Below are positions 13,327 to 25,100 of a stretch of 64,000 nt of DNA, one piece after another. The position numbers and the translations under genes are program-made. Position 1 is the first letter of the stretch. Every line of letters starts with the position of its first letter. This DNA comes from Amphiscolops sp. MND2022 (lineage: Eukaryota): positions 47,988,001 to 48,052,000 of the forward strand of contig OZ076413.1 in the NCBI GenBank assembly GCA_964187785.1. The letters are read 5' to 3'. Under the pieces are notes generated by a model, which did not search any database, was not told where the DNA came from, and saw only the letters and a program-made list of their open reading frames with translations.

Positions 13327-15142
13327 AATTGTTTACTTCGGATTTGGAAGTTTTTCAATTTGGCTGAATATGATAATCGCAAAAAGTAAATTGCAATGCA
13401 CTTTGAGATAGTTACCTTGAAAGACAAGCACCGATTTTGGGATGTCCCAATGGTCGAAAGTGTCATTAACAAGGACTGAGACACTCTGAAACGATTGCAA
13501 TTAACTGCAATACAATTTCTACGGTTTCACTAAGTTGGTAATTGCTGGTTGTAAAATTGACTGCAAATTTAATTTTCAGTCCTTCAAATAATTTTTGAAC
13601 TCCCTTAAACGAGATGGCCCAGATGTCTCTAAAACAATGAGAACTTTAATATTAAACGAATGAAAAGCTAATGAAAATTTCCAGTGCCCGACAAAAGCAA
13701 ATGAAAAACTCTTGAACCACTTTTATACAAGTACATTTTTGCAGCCGACGTCCAATGGACAGAATTTATGGCCTACTCCCTTGCACATCAATGGAAAACA
13801 AATGGGCCATCGAAGTCTTCGATTGCTTTAGGCACAGAAGTAAGAGTCAACAGGAGTCACCTAACATTTTGAAACCTTGAAAAATATATGGTTGAGCTTA
13901 TGATTATTAAGAAGATAGCTGAAGGAATTGGAATCACTACCAAAACATAGCTTCTGGATTACAAATGAAGCCCGCCAGGTACTTAACGCGTGCGGTTTCT
14001 AAGCGAAAGAATTCGGAGTTTGATGCAAGTCAATGTATAAAATTTCTCACCTACTTTGGGATCGTCTAAATCCTAACTTTGTAGCTCAAGGGAGAAATTA
14101 TTGACGAATCTTATTCGTTTTTTCACAACTTTTGCCCCAACGAGGTAGAACAATGACAATGCTGCGAGGTAAATAAAAACTTTGGATTTTAATTACACTA
14201 TACCGGGAAATAATTTTGTAAAAAAATGAGGGGAGTTGTATCAAATTAGTTCAACCAAATTGTTACTGTGGAAAAGCGTTTAACCAACGGGCACAATTGT
14301 TTAACACTTCGTTGAATAGTGAAGACAATAGGTGGTTTCAGGTTGAAATTAATCAACGGATGTTGAAAATCTTCACCGACATGGCATTGAATCCTGTATG
14401 CCAGAAAAAATGCATTGAACCGGATGTGAACGTGAACATCATTCACAGTGTGCTTCGAACGATTACTTCTGCTTTAACTGCTTTAGGTTAAAACTTTTCA
14501 ACGAATAAAAAATTGAAATTTCAAGAACTTTAACATATAAGTGAAATCAAACAATTTTGCTGGAGCACAGTAAAACCGGATACATAGGCTTGCCCAGCAA
14601 TTTTTATAGATTTATACGTTTTTCACCTGAGATGGAGGGCGCTGAAAAATCCATTTTCATCTTCATATACTAATGCATTTGAAAATCATATATACTTGAT
14701 GGTGCAGAAATGTTATTGGTTTTTTAAAGCCAGTCTATTTATGCTGGGAAACGTTCATACCATGAATGACTTTTAGAAAAAAATCCGTGTCGATCGAAGA
14801 TGCTAATTGAAAAAAGTTGATCTTTTGACAAGATACAATTTCCTAGACGTGTTAATACTTTTATTTAAATAATGAAAATCAAAAAAAAGTAATCGCTTGC
14901 ATCGCACGTTGACGCCGCAATAAGTTGAAGTCAGTTGGAATGTTTCAAACAATCTCAATTTATCGCATCGAAACATACAGGCAATAGGAAGCATTTCGTT
15001 AAAATGACAGTTACAATGACATCTATTGAGAAGTGGGTAGGTGGCTAATGCCTGTGGCGGGTGCTTTGTATGTTTCGTAGCTTGACTCTATCACAAAGGA
15101 TCTTCTCTGTTGGGAAATTGCTGCATTCAACTTGAAACTTCT

Positions 15143-17683
15143 TCAGTCTACTTCTGTTTCTCCTTCATTGACGTTAGCAGCATCAACATCCATCTGAGCG
15201 TCGGCTGCGTTCGAGTTTGGACTCTTGGGCTCTGCAGGTTCTGTTTTAGAGTCATTTGCACCATCAGGCGTCGTCGATTTGCTCTTCGGAGGTTCAGTCG
15301 GAGGAGGCTCTACCTTGGGTTTTGGTTTGTTCACAATAGGACTGCACGTAGAATCAAGGTTTCGGAACTCTTCGTTGATCTCTGCGACTGTTATAGGAGC
15401 AGTCTGGTGTTTCTCAACTTTACTCAATTTATTACAGGCATCGTTGAACCACTTCATTTTCTCGTCAACCATTTTTTTCACCTTTTTCATGTCATCTGGC
15501 ACAAGGTGCTCGTAATCCGGAGATTTTTGTTCATAGAGATCCAAAATTTTGGAGAGACTTTGCAGCTTTGCGCCAAATTTGTCCAGAACTTTTGGCCTTG
15601 TTTCGAATTCGATTCTACGAGTGATTATTGGGTTCCCGAGTTTCTTCATGTCGTTCAACTTATCAACGTAAATTTGTTTCTCGCAGTCATCGCCTTCATC
15701 CCAAAGCCAATCTTCGGCGGCCATCAAAGTAGACTTAATTTTGTCGCTGTCTGCCTCTTTCACGAATGGAGCGAGCTCGTCGTCTAGTTGACGTCTCAAT
15801 TCCAAGACGTATTCCTCCAAAGAGTTCTTTGCATCTGCCTTCTCGCTATCTTCTTTCACATCTGCTTGGAAAGTCAACTCCACGCTCTTAAGTTCACCTA
15901 CTTTCTCGTTGCTTAAAGAAGACACCACATGCTTGACCGGCAAATGAATGTTTTTCACCTTTGTCTTTCTTCTCGGCATTTGCTCGTTTGCAGTTGATGG
16001 CTCCTTAGGTTGTTCCAGATCAGCCGCAGGGTCACTGCCTCCATTCGTATCCATGGGCTCTTTGCCCGCTTCATTGGCCACTGATGCTGCCTCTTGAGAG
16101 CTCTCATCTTTGACTCCACTATCTTGTTCACTCCCGTTAGCCAACTGAGCATCTTCCATCTCACAGTCCTCCATTTTCTCAACACACACTGCCTCACTGA
16201 CATTGAGAATTCCGTGTTTATTCAGATGCAACTTCACTTTGATCTTCGAGGGTCCCCCGTCAGCCGCAGCATCCACGTCATGGATAGTGAAGGACCCAAT
16301 GAACGGACTGTGGTACGGGATGTTATTTGGGTATGAGTAGTGAGCCTCGATGTCAAAAGCCTCCTTGCGATAGAAAGTCAGCATTTTAGTCGCTGGGTAT
16401 GTATGCAGAAACGGGAAAATTTCGATGCTTCCGTCCTTTTCACTCAAAGGTTTCCATCTCAGCGTGATCGGATATTGGCATGCATCGTGTATAGCCCATT
16501 TGAGCTGAACTTGAGATGCACTGGAAAGCATAGCACATTGCAAAGCACAGCCCCTGGCAACAGACTCATCAGCATTCAATGTTGTACTTGGCTCAAGTCC
16601 AAATACTTCTTGGACAATGGACTTGAACAGAGCGACTCGACTTGAGCCACCAACAACTTCCACAGAATGAATATCCTTCTTCTCTAGACTTGCAATCTTC
16701 AAAATCTCTTCCAACTTGCCCTGAATTCGTTGGAAAACTTGATTGCAAACTTGCTCCATCTCCGATCGGCTCATTTCAGCGTTGACATCTTTGTCGTTCA
16801 TGAAACATTCAATGCCGAGAGGCAACTTCTGCTTATTCGCACTCATCAAAACTTTCAATTTCTCCACCTCACTAGTCAGTTTCAAAAACGGCCTCACTTG
16901 GCTAAGTGGCTCAATCTTGTATTTCTCTTGAAAAACCTCAGCAATATGATTGGTCATTATTTTGTCGATCAAATTGCCTCCAATGAAAGGATCACTGGTG
17001 ACTGCCATAACTTTAACAGTTCCTTTGTTGAAAGCCACGGCGCTAACTTGCATGGCTGAATGCCCGAAATCCACAAAAACCACGTTTCTTGGAGCTTGCG
17101 TTGGCTCGGGTAATTCTTTCCTGAAGAAGCCGTAACATAATGCAGTAGCTGTTGTATCGTTCATCAAGCGCAGACAATTCAGCTCTGCTATGCGACATGC
17201 ATCCAACATGGCTCGCCTCTCAATGTCCGTGTAATACGTGGGAATTGAGACGACGCAGTCGACAACCTGTTTTTTCAGAGCCGTTTCGGCAATGACCTTC
17301 AATTTAACTAGAAGAGCAGCCATGATTTGCGTGACAGTCAAAGTACACTCAGTTCCTTTATATTTCAGCTTTATTCCGACTTCATCATTCTCTCCCACGG
17401 AGACCACTTTGTAAGGTAAATTATGACAATACTCCTTTACGTACGGGTCCGAGTACTTTCTACCAAGTAATCGCTTGAAGTTAAAGACAATGTTTTTGAA
17501 ATTCGAGCCTGTGAGTTGAATGTTTTTCGCGTCCAGGCCAACAAGTCGCACTTTGTCGGTGAATCCAACATATGAGGGGGTACTGCGTTGTGAATACTCA
17601 TTGGCAACCGTTTCAATGCCACCTTGCTTCGCTACAGCTACATAACAGGTGAAATTGCCGACGTCAAACCCAACGACTGACAT
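15143..17683 (-). CDS. HSPA4: Hsp110-family (HSPA4/HSPH1-type) chaperone and nucleotide-exchange factor, 846 aa
   Basis: Intact ORF. The N-terminus MSVVGFDVGN...GGIETVANEYSQRSTP, the motifs LNCLRLMNDTTATALCYG and TTLNADESVARGCALQCA, the acidic loop, the AKNSLEEYV lid and the C-terminal MDVD are all typical of Hsp110. A probable 5'UTR intron acceptor (TTTTCAG) lies at 17694. A candidate minus-strand AATAAA is at 14860-14865. The symbol is family-level. Confidence 0.97.
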   Translation of the reverse strand: MSVVGFDVGNFTCYVAVAKQGGIETVANEYSQRSTPSYVGFTDKVRLVGLDAKNIQLTGSNFKNIVFNFKRLLGRKYSDPYVKEYCHNLPYKVVSVGENDEVGIKLKYKGTECTLTVTQIMAALLVKLKVIAETALKKQVVDCVVSIPTYYTDIERRAMLDACRIAELNCLRLMNDTTATALCYGFFRKELPEPTQAPRNVVFVDFGHSAMQVSAVAFNKGTVKVMAVTSDPFIGGNLIDKIMTNHIAEVFQEKYKIEPLSQVRPFLKLTSEVEKLKVLMSANKQKLPLGIECFMNDKDVNAEMSRSEMEQVCNQVFQRIQGKLEEILKIASLEKKDIHSVEVVGGSSRVALFKSIVQEVFGLEPSTTLNADESVARGCALQCAMLSSASQVQLKWAIHDACQYPITLRWKPLSEKDGSIEIFPFLHTYPATKMLTFYRKEAFDIEAHYSYPNNIPYHSPFIGSFTIHDVDAAADGGPSKIKVKLHLNKHGILNVSEAVCVEKMEDCEMEDAQLANGSEQDSGVKDESSQEAASVANEAGKEPMDTNGGSDPAADLEQPKEPSTANEQMPRRKTKVKNIHLPVKHVVSSLSNEKVGELKSVELTFQADVKEDSEKADAKNSLEEYVLELRRQLDDELAPFVKEADSDKIKSTLMAAEDWLWDEGDDCEKQIYVDKLNDMKKLGNPIITRRIEFETRPKVLDKFGAKLQSLSKILDLYEQKSPDYEHLVPDDMKKVKKMVDEKMKWFNDACNKLSKVEKHQTAPITVAEINEEFRNLDSTCSPIVNKPKPKVEPPPTEPPKSKSTTPDGANDSKTEPAEPKSPNSNAADAQMDVDAANVNEGETEVD

Positions 17684-20600
17684 TTTAATGCTTCTGAAAA
17701 AAACTCAGCAGTTAACATTTTCACTCAAACAACAACCCGAAGTCGTCGAATCTGTGATAGGAGCAATAGTGCTATTTTTTGCTAGATTTGTACAATATGA
17801 CAAGCAACGTCTTAAATTGCGATTTGCAATAATTTATAAATTTAGTTCACTTGCTAAGATTTTCAATATTTTTATTGGACCGTTATTGGCATTGTAAGGA
17901 GACTCTGCAGATTGAAGCGTATGTGACACCTTAATTTTCCGGCATGCTTACTGCAACATGGGCTCCCTAAGCGGTTTTCCCCAATATGAGCTGGGTTTCA
18001 GTACGTTCGGTCGTTAAATGTTTCTTCTAAATAAGCTCTTTTGTGAACAGTAGTTACTCTTTCAATATTCATTCAACTGGGGCCGTTAACAATTTGCGAG
18101 TTCTCATGAGCTACTTAATTAACTAAAACAATAAAGACTGAATTCCCGAATAGCATGAACAGCGAATACTGTAATTGAGTCCTTATTAAGGGGGGCAAGT
18201 TGGTAAAGAGGCGACCGATGCGGTGAAAAACCTTACGCTGTCAGTGACGGTTCGAATGATAAATACATCGTATATAAAAATACATGTATATCAACACATC
18301 GTTATATGGAGAAGAATTTATAAAACACAACACAAAGTCACATTTGAATGTTCGTCGGGTTGATATCTGAATTCGGCAAAATTGTGCGTGACTGTTGTCA
18401 ACTCGACAACCTTTTCTCCTCAACAATTGCAATGAACATGATTTTATAATTACTTGACGTCTCAAACAAACACAGGGGTGAAAAATTCATTACAAGCAGA
18501 TGTGAAAGATAACAGGGTACTCCTGACTAAGCGTGCTTAAAAGCGAACAATAAAAATAAGCGAACTTCAGTAAACTTCCTGGGTCTCAAACCAATAGTGC
18601 CCCAAATGCAGGAGCGAAGCGGCGTGCCAGTCATTGGTCAAGTGGCTTGTTCTGACGAAAGCCAAACTAGAGACATGACTGTCATACAACCCATTATATA
18701 TGCACTTTTTCAGGTTTCATATGTCTGCAACCAAACGTCAGCGGATTTAAATTCAGAGGCTCCACACTTTCAGATGAACGTAATGAGATGAAAAATGTGA
18801 CAATTAGCTAAGAAAACATCTCGAAGATGCGACAACAGTAGTTCGATGACGTAAAGAAAATTTACTTGAGCAGAAAGGTAAAGTAAAAAAATAACCAGGC
18901 AGTTCGAGTGACGAAAAAGCCAAACAGTCGAAATTAGAGAGTTGATCTCAAAGAGCAAAAAAAATGTTCATCGTGCATTTTGATTAGTTTAAAAATATAA
19001 ACGCGAAGAATTCAATTTGAAACTTCTGTAGGATATTGTCGAAAAAACAGATATCATGGATCTTCGTCATCAATCAAGTGCCACGTGTATCATCATGTTG
19101 GGGGGAGAAGACACACACCCGTGGTCTGCAACGAAAGTAGGGAACCCCATACAAGCCACTATGCCAGTAACAAAAAAAAAACAACCAACAAACTACTCAA
19201 ACCAGCCACTATGCAGTCGACCGGTGGAATTTTTTATAGCTGCTTTGATATAAAGGTTAAAAAAATTAGGCTATATGTAATAAATTTCTTCGAACGCATC
19301 TCTGTCGCTCACAGTTCCTAGAACACAGGCCGCATTGCCGATCTGTCGAAAAAATATTACGTAATCATCAATAATCACATACAACTCAATGCAGAGCCCT
19401 TAATGCAGGAGCGAAGCAACAAAAAACTACTTGTCCACAAGCAGTTTTTGATGAAACCCTACAGTGAAAAGGTCCGAAGCTCCCGGAAGGAAAGGACCAA
19501 GTCACGCAAATAGCGTTATATTGACTGATAACGTATACATGATAAATTGAAGCATTAAAATGTAGTAATTCGTATTCTGCTGTTAAAAAAACCTAAAAAT
19601 TCGCTTTTTCGCATAGTCAAAGTTCAAGTTGAACAGATTTTGCACTGATGTGTTCTCGCAAAAACAGAGCATTTGGGCAAAAACTCTCTTTTGGAGTTAG
19701 ATCCTACAGGTGACGCGCTGGCTTATCCCAAAAAACTCCAAAATTCTTGTACATTCTCAAAATTTCTAGAACATTCTAGAAGTCGGATGATTCGAAATAT
19801 CGAAAGTCAAATTGTAGAAAATGACCTTGTTTCAAGTTACAGGTTTTGCACTGATGTGTACTCGCAAAAACAGCGTTTAAGAAAGGAGAACTATACTTTG
19901 GGGTTATATCTCACCTGTGACGCGCAGGAGTATCCTCCAACACTCGGAAACTCTGGAAGATTCTCAAAACAAAAATTCTAGAACATTCCAGAAGTCGGAT
20001 GGTTCGAAATATCGACAGTCAAATTGCAGAAAATTGACATTGTTTCAAGTTACAGATTTTGCACTGATATGTACTCGCAATAACAATGCGTTTAAACAAG
20101 GAGAACTCTTCTTTGGAGTTAAATCTTACCAGTGACGCGCTGGAGTATCCTACAACACTCTGAAATTCTGGAAGATTCTCAAAAGTTCTAGAACATTCTA
20201 GAAGTCGGATGAGTCGAAATGTCGAAAGTCAAGTTGCAGAAAATTGAGATTGTTTCAAGTTACAGATTTTGCACTGATGTGTACTCGCAAAAACAGAGCA
20301 TTTGGGCAAGAACTCTCTTTTGGAGTAAGATCCTACCGGTGACGCGCTGGTCTATCCAAAAAAACTTCGAAATTCTTGTATATTCTCAAAAATTCTAGAA
20401 CATTCTAGAAGTCGGATGAGTCGAAATATCGAAAGTCAAATTGTAGAAAAATGACCTTGTTTCAAGTTACAGGTTTTGCACTGATGTGTGTTCGCAAAAA
20501 CAGAGCGTTTAAGAAAGGAGAACTCTCCTTTGGAGTTAAATCTTACCGGTGACGCGCAGGAGTATCCTCCAACACTCGGAAACTCTGGAAGATTCTCAAA

Positions 20601-20994
20601 ACAAAAATTCTAGAACATTCCAGAAGTCGGATGAGTCGAAATGTCGAAAGTCAAGTTGCAGAAAATTGACATTGTTTCAAGTTACAGATTTTGCACTGAT
20701 GTGTACTCGCAAAAACAGAGCATTTGGGCAAGAACTATCTTTTGGAGTTAGATCCTACCGATGACGCGCTGGAGTATCCTACAACACTCACAAACTCTGG
20801 AAGATTCTCAAAAACTCAAGAACATTCTAGAAGTCGGATGAGTCGAAATATCGGAAGTCAAATTGTAGAAAAATGACCTTGTTTCAAATTACAGATTTTG
20901 CACTGATGTGTACTCGCAATAACAGAGCGTTTAAGCAAGGAGAACTCTTTTTTGGAGTTAAATCTTACCGTTGACGCGCTGGAGTATCCTACAA

Positions 20995-21254
20995 GGGTGA
21001 ACGGAAATGGGTCGAAAGAAATGGGTCGAATCGGCCTCCTGTGCCATGAGTCGAATCTTCATCGTTTCGGAATTGGGTCGAATGGACTTGGGTCGACCTT
21101 GAAAAATGCCAAGTTCAAGGGAGACAACATATTGATTTCGACCCAAGTCCATTCGACCCAATTCGACCTCAGTCAATTCGACCTAAGTTATTCGACCAAA
21201 AGGGTCGACCTATTTCTTTTCGACCTATTTCATTCGACCCATTTCATGCAATCC
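20995..21254. mobile_element. 260-bp Mutator-like MITE inserted in the satellite
   Basis: 9-bp TSD ATCCTACAA (20986-20994 and 21255-21263). Imperfect TIRs GGGTGAACGGAAATGGGTCGAA and GGATTGCATGAAATGGGTCGAA. Many subterminal GGGTCGAA/TTCGACC repeats. A 9-bp TSD with G-initiated TIRs fits MULEs. Confidence 0.85.
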
Positions 21255-21900
21255 ATCCTACAACACTCTGAAATTCTGGAAGATTTTCAAAACAAAAATT
21301 CTAGAACGTTCCAGAAGTCGGATGATTCGAAATGTCGAAAGTCAAATTGTAGAAAAATGAACTTGTTTCGAATTACAGATTTTGCACTGATGTGTACTCG
21401 CAAAAACAGAGCGTTTAAGAAAGGAGAACTCTCCTTTGGAGTTAAATCTTACCGGTGACGCGCAGGAGTATCCTCCAACACTCGGAAACTCTGGAAGATT
21501 CTCAAAACAAAAATTCTAGAACATTCCAGAAGTCGGATGAGTCGAAATGTCGAAAATCAAGTTGCAGAAAATTGACATTGTTTCAAGTTACAGATTTTGC
21601 ACTGATGTGTACTCACAAAAACAGAGCATTTGGGCAAGAACTATCTTTTGGAGTTAGATCCTACCGATGACGCGCTGGAGTATCCTACAACACTCGCAAA
21701 CTCTGGAAGATTCTCAAAAACTCAAGAACATTCTAGAAGTCGGATGAGTCGAAATATCGGAAGTCAAATTGTAGAAAAATGACCTTGTTTCAAATTACAG
21801 ATTTTGCACTGATGTGTACTCGCAATAACAGAGCGTTTAAGCAAGGAGAACTCTTTTTTGGAGTTAAATCTTACCGTTGACGCGCTGGAGTATCCTACAA

Positions 21901-22160
21901 GGGTGAACGGAAATGGGTCGAAAGAAATGGGTCGAATCGGCCTCCTGTGCCATGGGTCGAATCTTCATCGTTTCGGAATTGGGTCGAATGGACTTGGGTC
22001 GACCTTGAAAAATGCCAAGTTCAAGGGAGACAACATATTGATTTCGACCCAAGTCCATTCGACCCAATTCGACCTCAGTCAATTCGACCTAAGTTATTCG
22101 ACCAAAAGGGTCGACCTATTTCTTTTCGACCTATTTCATTCGACCCATTTCATGCAATCC
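21901..22160. mobile_element. Second copy of the 260-bp MITE
   Basis: Near-identical, exactly 906 bp downstream, with the same TSD (21892-21900 and 22161-22169). Confidence 0.85.
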
Positions 22161-25100
22161 ATCCTACAACACTCTGAAATTCTGGAAGATTCTCAAAAGT
22201 TCTAGAACATTCTAGAAATCGGATGAGTCGAAAAATCGAAAATCAAATTGCAGAAAATTGACATTGTTTCAAGTTACAGATTTTAGCACTGATGTGTACT
22301 CGCAAAAACAGAGTATTTGGGCAAAAACTTTCTTTTGGAGTTAGATCCTACCGGTGACGCGCTGGTCTATCCCAAAAAACTCCGAAATTCTTGTACATCC
22401 TCAAAATTTCTACAACATTCTAGAAGTCGGATGATTCGAAATATCGAAAGTCAAATTGTAGAAAACTGACCATGTTTCAAGTTACAGATTTTGCACTGAT
22501 GTGTACTCGCAATAACAATGCGTTTAAACAAGGAGAACTCTTCTTTGGAGTTAAATCTTACCAGTGACGCGCTGGAGTATCCTGCAACACTCTGAAATTC
22601 TGGAAGATTCTCAAAAGTTTTAGAACATTCTAGAAGTCGGATGAGTCGAAATGTCAAACGTCTAATTGCAGAAATTTGACATTGTTTCAAGTTACAGATT
22701 TTGCACTGATGTGTACTCGCAAAAACAGAGCCTTTGGGCAAGAACATTCTTTTGGAGTTAGATCCTACCGTTGACGCGCTGGTCTCTCCCAAAAAATTCC
22801 GAAATTTTTGTAAATTCTCAAAAATTCTAGAGTATTCTAGAAGTCGGATGAGTCGAAAAATCGAAAGTCAAATTGTAGAAAACTGACCATGTTTCAAGTT
22901 ACAGATTTTGCACTGATGTGTACTCGCAATAACAATGCGTTTAAACAAGGAGAACTCTTCTTTGGAGTTAAATCTTACCAGTGACGCGCTGGAGTATCCT
23001 GCAACACTCTGAAATTCTGGAAGATTCTCAAAAGTTTTAGAACATTCTAGAAGTCGGATGAGTCGAAATGTCAAACGTCTAATTGCAGAAAGATGACCTT
23101 GTTCCAAGTTACAGATTTTGCACTGATGTGTACTCGCAAAAACAGAGCGTTTAAGCAAGGAGAACTCTCCTTTGGAGTTGAATCTTACCGGTGACGCGTT
23201 GCAGTATCCTACAACACTCGGAAACTCTGGAAGATTCTCAAAACAAAAATTCCAGAACATTCCAGAAGTCGGATGGTTCGAAATTTCGACAGTCAAATTG
23301 CAGAAAATTGACACTGTTTCAAGTTACAGATTTTGCACTGATGTGTACTCGCAAAAACAGAGCATTTGGGCAAAAACATTCTTTTGGAGTTGGATCCTAC
23401 CGGTGACGCGCTGGTCTATCCCAAAAAACTCCGAAATTCTTGTACATCCTCAAAATTTCTAGAACATTCTAGAAGTCGGATGATTCGAAATATCGAAAGT
23501 CAAATTGTTGAAAACTGACCATGTTTCAAGTTACAGATTTTGCACTGATGTGTACTCGCAATAACAATGCGTTTAAACAAGGAGAACTCTTCTTTGGAGT
23601 TAAATCTTACCAGTGACGCGCTGGAGTATCCTACAACACTCTGAAATTCTGGAAGATTCTCAAAAGTTTTAGAACATTCTAGAAGTCGGATGAGTCGAAA
23701 TGTCAAACGTCTAATTGCAGAAAGATGACCTTGTTCCAAGTTACAGATTTTGCACTGATGTGTACTCGCAAAAACAGAGCGTTTAAGCAAGGAGAACTCT
23801 CCTTTGGAGTTGAATCTTACCGGTGACGCGTTGCAGTATCCTACAACACTCGGAAACTCTGGAAGATTCTCAAAACAAAAATTCCAGAACATTCCAGAAG
23901 TCGGATGGTTCGAAATTTCGACAGTCAAATTGCAGAAAATTGACACTGTTTCAAGTTACAGATTTTGCACTGATGTGTACTCGCAAAAACAGAGCATTTG
24001 GGCAAAAACATTCTTTTGGAGTTGGATCCTACCGGTGACGCGCTGGTCTATCCCAAAAAACTCCGAAATTCTTGTACATCCTCAAAATTTCTAGAACATT
24101 CTAGAAGTCGGATGATTCGAAATATCGAAAGTCAGATTGTTGAAAACTGACCATGTTTCAAGTTACAGATTTTGCACTGATGTGTACTCGCAATAACAAT
24201 GCGTTTAAACAAGGAGAACTCTTCTTTGGAGTTAAATCTTACCAGTGACGCGCTGGAGTATCCTACAACACTCTGAAATTCTGGAAGATTCTCAAAAGTT
24301 TTAGAACATTCTAGAAGTCGGATGAGTCGAAATGTCAAACGTCTAATTGCAGAAATTTGACATTGTTTCAAGTTACAGATTTTGCACTGATGTGTACTCG
24401 CAAAAACAGAGCATTTGGGCAAGAACTCTCTTTTGGAGTTCGATCCTACCGTTGACGCACTGGTCTATCCCAAAAAATTCCGAAATTTTTGTACATTCTC
24501 AAAAATTCTAGAATATTCTAGAAGTCGGATGAGTCGAAAAATCGAAAGTCAAATTGCAGAAAGATGACCTTGTTCCAAGTTACAGATTTTGCACTGATGT
24601 GTACTCGCAATAACAGAGCGTTTAAGCAAGGAGAACTCTCCTTTGGAGTTGAATCTTACCGGTGACGCGTTGCAGTATCCTACAACAATCGGAAACTCTG
24701 GAAGATTCTCAAAAATTCAAGAACGTTCTAGAAGTCGGATGAGTCGAAATATCGAAAGTCAAATTGTAAAAAATGACCTTGTTTCAAATTACAGATTTTG
24801 CACTGATGTGTACTCGCAATAACAGAGCGTTTAAGCAAGGAGAACACTTTTTTGGAGTTAAATGTTACCGTTGACGCGCTGGAGTATCCTACAACACTCG
24901 CAAACTCTGGAAGATTCTCAAAAGTTCAAGAACGTTCTAGAAGTCGGATGAGTCGAAATATCGAAAGTCAAATTGTAAAAAATGACCTTGTTTCAAATTA
25001 CAGATTTTGCACTGAGGTGTACTCGCAATAACAGAGCGTTTAAGCAAGGAGAACACTTTTTTGGAGTTAAATCTTACCGTTGACGCGCTGGAGTATCCTA

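Noticed and set aside
13430-14500. Possible decayed coding or TE remnant (also 2000-3500 and 63640-64000)
   Set aside because: No motif I can recognise in any frame.
15110-17897. Plus-strand and alternate-frame ORFs over the Hsp110 gene (e.g. 15110-15787, 225 aa)
   Set aside because: Shadow ORFs of a real CDS, with no recognisable domains.
17700-18500. Heat-shock elements upstream of Hsp110
   Set aside because: Only a two-unit TTCccGAA (~18143) was seen, with no three-unit nGAAn array, and the transcription start is unknown.
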